From Fonticula-like sp. SCN 57-25 (Eukaryota), in NCBI GenBank assembly GCA_001724245.1, contig MEDX01000022.1, positions 1 through 46,690 of the forward strand: a stretch of 46,690 bases of DNA, in the 5' to 3' direction. Made by a program: the position numbers and the translations under genes. Under the pieces are notes generated by a model, which saw nothing but the letters and a program-made list of their open reading frames with translations, was not told where the DNA came from and ran no database searches. Shown here one piece after another: positions 23,280 to 33,700 of this stretch. Each line of letters begins with the position of its first letter. Position 1 is the first letter of the stretch.

Positions 23280-23564
23280 GTTTCCCGTGGGCCTGTAAAA
23301 TAAAAAAGCTGTCTACTTTTGAAATACTCTTGCATTCGACTCTTTGGGCAACGTTTATTAGGGAAGGGAAGGGAAGGAGGACGCGGAGGAGGTTAGCAGT
23401 ACTTTAGCTTTTGCGCATTGGTGTCACATACGACGACATCGGGTGTGCTCGCTCGTTGGCGCATATTAATTTACGTATGGCGCTGTGCGCGGCATGGTTA
23501 AATGCGAACGACGTTCCTTGGGGCCTTGCGCGATCTTTGTTTTCCACCTTCTTGCATGCCTTTC

Positions 23565-23710
23565 ATATCACAAATTTGCACCAGAACACTATTGAACAGT
23601 GTTCGCTCTATTCGAGCTCTTGCTGCGTGTTCCAACTCGATAATGAATAGAAAGGTCCACCGTGGCAGCTCAGTTAACCCCTCGACCAAGTGCCATTCAG
23701 GTTTCGCTTT
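23565..23710 (-). ncRNA. Candidate structured non-coding RNA with Sm-type site (unassigned)
   Basis: Three consecutive hairpins whose plus-strand A.C mismatches are G-U pairs on the minus strand, followed by AAUUUGUG. Confidence 0.35.
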
Positions 23711-23724
23711 TTACCTCCAATGAA

Positions 23725-23738
23725 TGCAAACTGCAAAC
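23725..23738 (-). promoter_or_regulatory. (TGCAAAC)2 motif between the candidate ncRNA and ARP2
   Basis: tgcaaactgcaaac, the reverse complement of the same motif. Confidence 0.55.
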
Positions 23739-23861
23739 AATCCACCAATCGGATGCGAGTAGCGGGAGGAAAAAACACCAAAACACAAACACAATCCAAA
23801 CGACCGTTCGGCTGCATCCAAAGCTTTGGCATCCGCCGCCGTCGCATCCTTGGCAGCTACC

Positions 23862-25293
23862 ATGGCAGGTACCATCCGGGCTCGGGGGCATAGCTGGGGC
23901 GCCCATCCTATCCGGTACTGATGCTTGCTTGCGTTTGTAGGGACGTTCAACTCTGAGAATGTCGTCGTCTGCGACAACGGCACTGGCGTACGCCCCTGGC
24001 CGAAACCACAACAAACGCAATGATGGCTAACAATGCGGTCTTTTTCGCACTTTTCACAGTTTGTCAAGTGCGGTTTCGCGGGCAGCAACTTCCCCACCTC
24101 AATTTTCCCCTCTCTTGTGGGCCGGCCCATGCTCCGCTCGGAGGAGAAGGTGAACGGTGTCCAGCTCCGCGACATTATGGTCGGCCAGGAGGCGTCGGAC
24201 CAGCGCGCCCAGCTCCAGCTCAGCTACCCTATGGAGAACGGTGTTATTCGTAACTGGGAGGATATGCACCACCTGTGGAACCACACTTTCGATGAGGTCC
24301 TCAAGGTGGACGCTTCCAAGCGCCCGTCCACCCGCATTCTCCTCACCGAGCCCCCGCTCAACCCGGAGAACAACCGCAAGAAGATGGTCTCGACCATGCT
24401 TGAGGAGTACAATTTCCACTCTGTCTACGTCGCCGTCCAGGCCGTCCTGACGCTCTACGCTCAGGGTGCGTGCTTTTCGCACAACTTGCTCGCATTTTGC
24501 TGATTTGCAATGTAGGTCTGCAGACTGGTGTCGTTGTGGATTCGGGTGATGGTGTGACCCACATTGTGCCGGTGTATGACGGCTTTTCGTTGCCTCATCT
24601 TACCCGCCGTCTCGACGTGGCCGGCCGCGACGTGACGCGCTACCTCATCAAGCTTATGCTGCTGCGCGGCTATGCTTTCAACCGCACCGCCGATTTCGAG
24701 ACGGTTCGTGAGATCAAGGAGAAGCTCTGCTACACTGGGTGCGTTCCTTTTTTTTCTTCTTTTCTTTTTGCTTATGGAGGTGCTCTAGCTACGACCTTGA
24801 GCTCGAGACCAAGCTCGCCCAGGAGACGACGGTCCTCGTTGAGAATTACACATTGCCCGACGGCCGCGTCATCCGCGTCGGCTCGGAGCGCTTTGAGGCC
24901 CCCGAGGCCCTGTTCCAGCCCAACCTCATCGACGTCGAGTCGGTCGGCATGGCTGAGCAGCTTTTCAATTGCATCCAGTCGGCGGACATGGATATCCGCA
25001 GCGAGTTTTACAAGCACATTGTGCTCTCGGGCGGCTCCACCATGTACCCCGGCCTGCCCTCGCGCCTCGAGAAGGAGGTCAAGCAGCTCTACTTTACGCG
25101 CGTTCTCAAGAACGACGTCAAGGGCCTGGCCAAGTTCAAGATCCGCATCGAGGACCCCCCGCGCCGCAAGCACATGGTGTTCCTCGGTGGCGCTGTGCTC
25201 GCCCAGATCATGAAGGACAAGAACGAGTTCTGGATGACGCGGAAAGAGTACGACGAGATGGGCGTGGACCGCCTCATCAAGATGAAGAAGTAG
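23862..25293 (+). CDS. ARP2: Actin-related protein 2
   Basis: [84 protein letters not shown]; 4 introns. Confidence 0.98.
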
Positions 25294-25510
25294 AGCGGCC
25301 TCTGCTCGCAGGGACAGTGCCGGAGAGCTCATTAGCGTATCCCCTCTGTTTTGCCCACGTTTCTTTGTCCACTCTTTCGTTTGTCATGTATAAAGCGCAA
25401 GCACGCCACAAGCCTCCTTGCTTGTCTGGTGCCCTGTTGTCCCCTCTTTTCATCTCATTCTTATTAATAATATTTTCGTTTCTATTGCGATGTACATATG
25501 TTGCCTTGCC

Positions 25511-26652
25511 TTATACGAGCGACGTGCCCACCAGCTTGCGCACTTGCGTCATTGTTTCCTCTGCGATAACATTCGCCTTTTCTTGTCCTTCCTTTAATAC
25601 CTGCACGGCATGCGAGCGGTCAGCCTGCAGCTCGGCGAGCCTGCGCTGGATCGGCGAGAGGTGCTCCACGAGCGCTTCTGTCACGGCCGCCTTTAGCTGC
25701 GCATTGTTGGCCTCGCTCATTTCAGCGGCAATGTCGGCCGGTGACCTTTCGGTTACGTGGCCGAGAATGTTGAGTAGGTTGGCGAGGCCCGGCCGGTTCT
25801 CGGGGTCGAAAGTGATGCCGCGCGTCGAGTCCGTGACGGCCTTGCTGATCTTTGAGCGGATGAGCTCTGGCGGGTCGTTGAGGTTGATTCTCGAAGCGTC
25901 TTCGGCGTCCGACTTGCTCATCTTGCGAAGCGGATCCCGGAGGCTCATCACCCGGCGGGCCTGGCCGTACACGCCTTCGGGTACCGGAAACATCGGGTGC
26001 TTGAACTGGTGGTTGAAACGCGCAGCAATGTCGCGCGCAAGCTCGAGGTGCTGCGTCTGATCGTCTCCCACGGGTACCTGCTTGGCGCTGCGCAAGGGGT
26101 TAGCGGCGCCAATCACACGATGCAATGCGTGCCGGTAGAGGAGGATGTCCGCCGCCATGAGCGTCGGGTAGAGAAGCAGGCCGCTGGGGAGCGATGCCTG
26201 GCGCTCGGGCGTAAGATTGCCGTCCGCTGGCGTCCACTTTGTCTTCCACTGTGTCATGCGCTGCAGCCACCCTACGGGCGTGATGCACGTGAGGATCCAG
26301 TTGAGCTCTCCGATGGCCGGCACCTGGGAAAAGTCAGCAACTGAAAAAGAGACACGGAAACGCGCACCGCGCTCTGCTGAAACAGGATCGACTGCTTGGG
26401 GTCAATTCCGCATGCTAGCATGCTGTTGGTCATATCGATGATGCTCTGCCGCAGCTCGGCAGGCTTGCGCGGCATTGTGAGCGCGTGCATGTCGACCACG
26501 CAGTACAGGTCCGCGGCATCGGGAGACGAAGACGCCTGCATCTTGGTCCACTCGCGCAGCGCGCCAAGGTAGTTGCCCAGCGTCGGGACCCCGCCCGTTG
26601 GCTGAATGCCGCTAAAGATGCGCGTCCGCGCGCGTGCAACCCTTCCCGACAT
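25511..26652 (-). CDS. WARS2: Tryptophanyl-tRNA synthetase, mitochondrial/bacterial type
   Basis: IFSGIQPTG, TLGNYLGA, YPTLMAADILLY, VPVGDDQTQHLELARD, KMSKS; 2 introns, the second GC-AG. Confidence 0.95.
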
Positions 26653-26888
26653 TGCTCGCGTGCCAAAACGTGACAGCTCCGATGCCTCTTTGCTGACTGT
26701 ACACTATTCCTTGTCTTGGTGATTACACGGCCCATTCGCTGTGTATTCTACGGGCTTTCTCCAGTCAAATCACGTGATCAAATCCTGGTCCCTTGTTGCG
26801 CTGGTCGCTCCTGTTGCCGCTGGCCGGCCCGTCCTCCTTTGACCTCCTTTATTGACCATCGGCCGTTGGTCCTCTGAGGCTACCCGCC

Positions 26889-29298
26889 ATGTTGTCTCTG
26901 GAGCACGAGAAGCTGATATGCCCGCGGGACATGACGCTCGTCTTGGAGAGCCGCGTTGTTTCGCAAAAGTTTACGATGGAGCTAGACCTCGTCGAAGGGG
27001 ATAGCGTCATTGAAGTTGTGCGGCGAGCCATGGAGGAGAACAGCGTGCCCATCAACCTCGAGCCGGTTCTTTTATCAAACGCACACAGAGTTATTTCGAG
27101 CAGTTCCGCCGACATCGACGACAGGCAGGCCACGGCAGGTACGTAGCATCCGTTCTCCTGCACTCTCGCTGACGCAATCATCATAGCTGTAGAAGACGAC
27201 GCGGCCGTGAGCGCCGCCGTGGCCGACTTTTCTCGGCGGCTTCGCCTGACGCATCAGCATTTCCACAAGCTGCCCGCCGAGCCGCGATTCCCCTCTGCGT
27301 TCAATGCCGTGCTGCGGTCGTACGGCTCGACCTTTGACCGCCTGCTGCAGATGGAGGCGAGCATGGCGCAGGCCGTCGAGGAGGAGCTCACCAAGCGCCA
27401 GCGGTCTCTTAATACGCTTCATGAACGGTGCGCTATAGCTGATTATAATTTGTGCGCTCACGATGGCGATGGCAGGCATGCGCGTGAGCGAGATGCTGCC
27501 GCGGCGGCCAAGGAGGAAAAGGCTGCGATCCAGGCGATGCTTGCGCGCCAGGCGAACGACGTCGAGTCTGTATCGAACCGCTGGGCGGCCGAGATTGCCG
27601 AGATGAAGCGTGCGCAGCGCAAGGCGTACCACGACTATATTGTTCGCGTGTACCGCACGCTACATCCCGAAGTGTCGCCATCCGACTTTGAATATTCCGA
27701 GATGCGCAAGCCGCGCGGCTCGTCGCGGCCAAACTCACGGAGCGGTTCGCGGAGCACTTCTCGCAGTACATCACGTAATTCAATTGGCTCGCACGACTTG
27801 TACGACGACCGGCGAGTGATCATTAGCCCAATGCGCAAAAGCATTTCTACCGACAGTTCGCTGAGCGCCGTGGCGGCCGGCCTGGCGAGCCCGCCGGCGA
27901 CTATACTGCTGGCGAGTCCGACACTGAGCGCCGCGGGGGTCGAACCCGGCAGTCCGTCGCTGCTGGACACCAAGCTCGTTGCCGAGCTGACCGAGATGGG
28001 CTTTGAGTCTGCGCTTGTCGAGCTCGCGCTCACTCTCGGGGAGAACAACAAGGATCAGGCGCTGTCGTACCTGCTCGAAAAGGCCGACGTCCTGGCCGAG
28101 ATGCTTGCGACGGCGTCGAGAAAGGCCAGCCCAGCTGCGCTCTCGCCGTCGAACACGACTGCAATGCCGCAGCAGCGGCGGCGGACGTCGAGCGTCGGCT
28201 CGATCCCAGTGTCGCACTCGACGCCGCAGATCCCATCCCCGACACCGGCGCCGCACGTGTCGTCACCGCCGTCAGCGCCGCAGTTGTCGTCGGTGACGTC
28301 TCCGTCGGCGTCTCCGTCAGCGTCGGGCGACGTCAAGGCAGGCAGCAAGGCGCTATCGGCGGCGCAGTCGTTCATGTCCAATGCAATCGGCCGCCTCGGC
28401 CGCGTCCGCTCGCAGCTCCCGACGTCGCTGAGCGCCGCGCTCTCCAGCGCGTCCTCGTCGCTCGTGCAGGAGGAGGCGCCGGCGGCGCACATCCCGCTGG
28501 CCGAGAGCTTTAGTGTGCAGCTCGGGTCGCAGGAAAAGACGTCGCTCAATATCCGCATCGCTGTCGAGCCGCTCCTCGAGGACGACCGGGGCGACCCGCA
28601 GCGGCACATGGCGCAGCGCGCGCAGACGCTCATGTCGGTCTATACACCGGCTCTCATGGCGGGCGTCCTTGTAACAAAGCACGACGTCCTGCCGACGGGC
28701 GCCGCCCTTTCGCCAAGTACGCTTTTTGTTTTTGATAGCCTTTTTATGCTGACTCTTTAAAGTCTTTAAGGAGCTGTGCGACGCGACGACAGAGTTTCAC
28801 TTTGATACGCTTGAGGAGCAGCTAAAAGAGGCCTTTGAAGCTCTGCGGAGCGCTGGGCGAGGTAACTGGGTTCCTCTCGTGTCTGTTGGCGACTATTTTG
28901 TGACGCGGCACAGCAACCTTCCGCTGCTGCACGTCGCGTTCCACCTGATCAGCGACTGCAAGCCCGGCGAGCTGACCAACCGCTCGCCAGTGATGACCGG
29001 GCTGCGCAACATTGTAAAGGCTGTCGTGCGGTACGACATGGCGCAGCTATCGCTCCCGCTGCTGCTGCTGCCAGAGGAGACCGTCATCGACGACCCGTTC
29101 CCCGTGTGCCTGCGCCGGGCCGAGATGGTTCTCAAGGCCGTCAAGGGGCTCCTCATCGAGCAGCGCGCCACAAAGGCCGCTTCTACCGTGTCCTCCAGCG
29201 GATCGAGGCTTATCCAATTTCTGCTGCCTCGCGCCACAACGCCCGAGCAATTCGCAGCGTATCGGCAGGTCTTGACGACCGTGTTCCGTGTAAATTAG
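26889..29298 (+). CDS. C12orf4: C12orf4/FERRY3 (DUF2362) homolog with internal UBA-like domain
   Basis: ESFSVQLGSQEKTSLNIRI, AQRAQTLMSVY, TTEFHFDTLEEQL, GDYFVTRHSNLPLLHVAFHL, RSPVMTGLRNI, CLRRAEMVLKAVKG; 3 introns. Confidence 0.88.
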
Positions 29299-29386
29299 AA
29301 ACCCAGTTTGCGCTGTTGTTGCTGTTATTTTCCCGCATCCCTGTACAGTATGGATATGGATTAATCCCAAATATACACTCAATGAT

Positions 29387-30490
29387 TTACTTTTGGTCGG
29401 CACCAGCGGCAGCCCGCGGCCCAACAACGATCTGTGGCAAAAAGTGAGAAAACAATGAATGGAGGAAATTGAGCGCACCTTGTGCGGGAAGGCGGGCTTG
29501 GGCGCGCGGTAGTCGCTCGCGCCGGGCGTGCGGTACGTCGGCTTGAGGGCGTCCGGCCTAGTATCCTTGCGGAGGTTCTTTTGCTTTGACCGCTTCTTGG
29601 TCTTTTTGCGCTTGACAATCACCTCCTGGCCCTGAGGCGGGTGTTAGCCTGGCACAGTAAAACTGAGCGCGCGTACGTCAATGGTATCGATGCGCTCCTT
29701 GAAGGCAATGGGCGGCGGCACAAGCGGCTGCGTGAGCTCAAACGGCTTGGAGCGAATGCGGTCCGACGTCGCCTCCTCCTCCTCCTCCTCCTCGTCATCG
29801 TCGTTTGCGTCCCAGTTGCTCGACCACGCCGACTCGTCGTCCTCCTTGGGCTGCTTGGGCGCCTTGGCAGCAGGCGCGGGCGCCGCCTTGACCTCATGCG
29901 GCGGCTGCTGCTGCTGCTGGGCCTGCTGAGCCTGGAGCTGCTTGCGTTTCCGCTTGCCGGGGTTCTTCTTGGGCTGCTGCGACGTGTCCACCGTGCTCAC
30001 AGCCGCCTTTGGCTTTGAAGTGGCGCGCGTCCTGCTCTCCTCCTCGCTCTCGCTGTCGCTCGGCTCTGCCTCTGCCTGCTTTGCCTTCTTAGCATCCTGT
30101 GTCGGACGCGCCACGCGCTCGCCGCTGTCATCCTCCTCGTCCTCTTCGGCGAGGCCGCGCTTGGTCGACGAGCGAATCTTTTTCAACACAACCGACTCTT
30201 GAAGCTTTTGCGCCTGCTTGTGCGACAGAAACTGCGCACCGAGACCGAGCCTGTCGCTAATGTTAGACATGCAGCAGGGAGCCATGCTGCACGCACCTGG
30301 CGGGCCGATCAACCTCGGGGGCGGCGGCCGCGGTCGACTTTGGCGCCACGGCAGCCGTAGAAAGACGCGACGCGTCCGTACCCACCCACTGGGCAACTAC
30401 ATTGCGTGCGAGACCCGTCGATGCGTCCAAAAGTGTCAAAATGTCGTCGCCATCCGGCGCAGGCGCCGACTTTGTCGCGCGTGGTGGCAT
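29387..30490 (-). CDS. Basic/acidic low-complexity protein, DUF3245-like (probably nuclear/nucleolar)
   Basis: LARNVVAQW and RPAR|LGLGAQF near the N-terminus; KRKKTKKRSKQKNLRKDTRP near the C-terminus; 3 introns. Confidence 0.55.
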
Positions 30491-30708
30491 GTCCACGTGG
30501 TCAATGGATGAAGCGCTTGGCAGCGGGGTATCAAAGTAGGTAGCCTCTATGTAGTGTGTACTTATGAAAGAAATAGGCAATATATACGCTAACAGCCTTT
30601 ATATTATACCATTTCGCTCGTAAACTATGCTTTAAAGAGATACTTTTCGCCCTTATATTGTCCCTATCCGCGGCGGACCCTTTGCATTCACTATCCACGT
30701 GGCCATCG

Positions 30709-33700
30709 ATGGCGGAGCCGCCCCTGTCGCCGGCCGTGCGCCCGTTGCCGTCGCCGAGCCTACCGGCGGCGCAGAAGGGGACGGCGCCTGCCCCCGCGGC
30801 GTCCTCGGTGGCGTCAGCAACTGCGCCTACCGCGGCTATTCGGCGGAAATGCGTGCTGTGGACGCACGAAGAGCGGACCCTCAACGAGGACATTGTCGTG
30901 AGCCCCGAAGTATTCCCGCACATTAAAGTAGGCGATTTCGTCGAGATTACACAGGCTATATCGACCGGCGACGCGGCTGCTAGCGACCGCGATGTGCGGC
31001 GCATTGTGCTGCAGGTGGCGTCCCTAAAGTCGAACAAGGCGAACCAGCAGACGGTGACGATGGCCAAGTGCGCGCGCATTTGTCCCACTTAGATTGCGTG
31101 GCTAATCACGCTGATGCTAGGCACATCGCGGACCTATTTCAGTTTCAAATGCGAAAGGACTGCTTTGTGGACGTTGTGCGTTTATATATTACTTACATCT
31201 TTGACTCTAACGTGAGCACTCTAGATTGAGCCCGATTCTGTCCGGCTCGACTTTGTGCAGCTCACGATCAAGGACCAGTACGTGAGCCGCAACGACATGT
31301 GGCGCGTCAAAAACAACCTCGTTGGGACGGCGGTGTACGTCGGTAAGAAGGTGTCTTTTGCGGGCATTCGTGCGCAAGTAAAACAGGTTTTCATTAATGG
31401 CGCAACTGTCCCGTATGGCATTGTGTGCGCATCGACCAAGAGCGTCTTCCGCTCCGAGTCGGCCAAAGTAATGATCTTTATCCAAATGAGCCGCGAAATG
31501 TGGAGCTTTGACGAAGACGGCGACTTGTATTTTGAAAAGGCCGTGCAGGGTACGCGTCCGAGGTTTACTACGTTGATGATTGACACCTTTTTAGGCTTCC
31601 TCCCCGAGCTGTTTGACCGATGGAGCGCCGCAGGGTCGACGCACGTCGTCACCATCGTTCTCTTTTCGCGCTTTTTCTACGAGAGCCCGCCGTCGTCTCA
31701 TCCCGACAGAGGCTACGCGCCGCCCAACCGCGACGCCGAGTGCGTGTTTTGGGTGTGTTTTCTGATTTGCTAAACTTTTACGTAGCGGTCGTTACTACGA
31801 GGACTTTTACAAGGTAGTGGTCGACTGGGAGTTGCGCACAGACTGGGCGCCTGTCCTTTTGCAGCTCAAGCGCGAATTTCTTACGTACAATGAGGACGTT
31901 GCACGCGCCTTCCCCGACACGCTGACGTCACCCACCAACTCGATGGCGATGGAAGGCAACTTTTTAGAGGCTGTCAATCTCGCCCTCAACATCTTTGACA
32001 AGGCGCACATCAACCGCGACCTCATCCGCACGGGCCTATCCGTGCTCATGGTGACTCCCGGTGCGGGCATCTTTCACGTGGACGCAAGCCTGGTGGGTCT
32101 GACCAAGCAGCGCACGGTCGACAACGGTATTGGCTGCGATGTCGTTTGTTTGAGGCGGCCACCGCTCCACACAGTTCCCCTCTTTGTTATGCGCCGCGCC
32201 GACTCGCCCGACGGAATTGTGCGTATTATTGTACTTTTATTGATTTTCTGACTTTTGCAGGGTTACGCACTGCCGCACTGGATCGACATTAGCTTTTACA
32301 ACAAGGCGCCCGTGGACCGCGCGCGCCCCTTCCGCGTCGCAAAGTTTACGCCTCGCTGCGACATGCATGAGCTGCAGTCTGGTCGCTTTGAGATGGACGC
32401 CGCGAGCAGCGCGCACGCGCTCACTCTCCTTACCAATGTCCTGTCCCCGCCCGCGACAGGCGAGGCCGCGTCAGCCGGCTACGACCGCGCCTTCTTTACC
32501 GCCTCTGGGCGCCCGCCGATCAGCTCGTCCCAGAAGCAAAAGTCGCGGCACCGCAGCCAGCAGGACGACGACGCGCGCCTCTCCTCGTCGCTGAGGCGCG
32601 GCGCGAGCTCGACGGCGCTGAGCGCGTTGCACAGCCCGAGCAACAAAGCGGCTGCGCTCGCTTCGTCATCGTCAGCAATCTTGGCAGGCCGCCCGCCGGC
32701 GACGCCCGTGACGCACTCGCGCGCCGGCTCGGACGACCACGACCTCGTTGCTGAGGAGGCCCTGTCGTGGGGCCAGCGGACGGCGACGCGCGCCATTCCT
32801 GCGGGGAGTGGCGGTCACCGTCGCGTCGGCAGCAACACTGGCTCGCCGCGCAGTGTCGACCCGGACGACTACGATGCGGCGCACAGCGGCAGTGCGCTCG
32901 GCGTCGGTGGCGGTCTCATGCCGCCGCCCGCTGCCGGCGCGAACGCGTGGACGGCGTCGGTGGCGACGGCCGCACCGGGTGTCAATTATGGCGGCCCGCT
33001 TGTTGGCACGCCGCAGCCCATCACGGCGTGGTCGTTGCACCTCATGCAGCGCAAGGCGCCGTCGGGCGGCAAGGTCGGCGGCGACGCGCATCGCGCCAAC
33101 AGGATCATCAACCCGAGCAACCCGGCGCGCAATCAGCACCGCGTGTCGGCGTACAGGCGCAGGTGGTACCATGCGTTCCCAATGTCGAGCGCAAAGGAAG
33201 GCGCCATGGTCGAGCTGCCGTCGGTGCAGTGGCACTCGTTGTGCACGCCGGCGATCCTGCCGCTCACAACAGACTATTTTCCGCCGACAGACGAGCTCAA
33301 GAGGAACTATACAGAAAACAGCTACACGCTCGAGCTCGCCGACGAGGTGCACTACTACAAGGACCTTGAGTCGGTACGCGTAAACTCTTTTTTTGGGCTG
33401 TGCTGACGAAACAATTTTTTTGCAGCTGTTTAAAGAGTTGATTGGGCAGCGACTTGCGCAGGGCTTTCAGATTGTCGTTAATGCATCGACATACGTCGGG
33501 ACGGTTGACCCTTCCCGGTCGCCGCAGCAGGAGGCCACGTGCGCCCTCTCCATTGGCAACCACTTTCAGCAGATCCGGATGGTGCGCTCTGAGCAGAACC
33601 TCGAGCTGACGCGCATCATCCGCAAGAACCACAAGACCTCCGCCGCCCACGTGTACCCTTTCTCTGTCTGGCCGCGCCTACAGGACGGCTACATGCCGCG

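Noticed and set aside
23375-23400. GGAGGAGGTTAGCA resembling U6atac
   Set aside because: Short match inside a purine-rich tract; the rest of U6atac and a Pol III terminator context are not evident.
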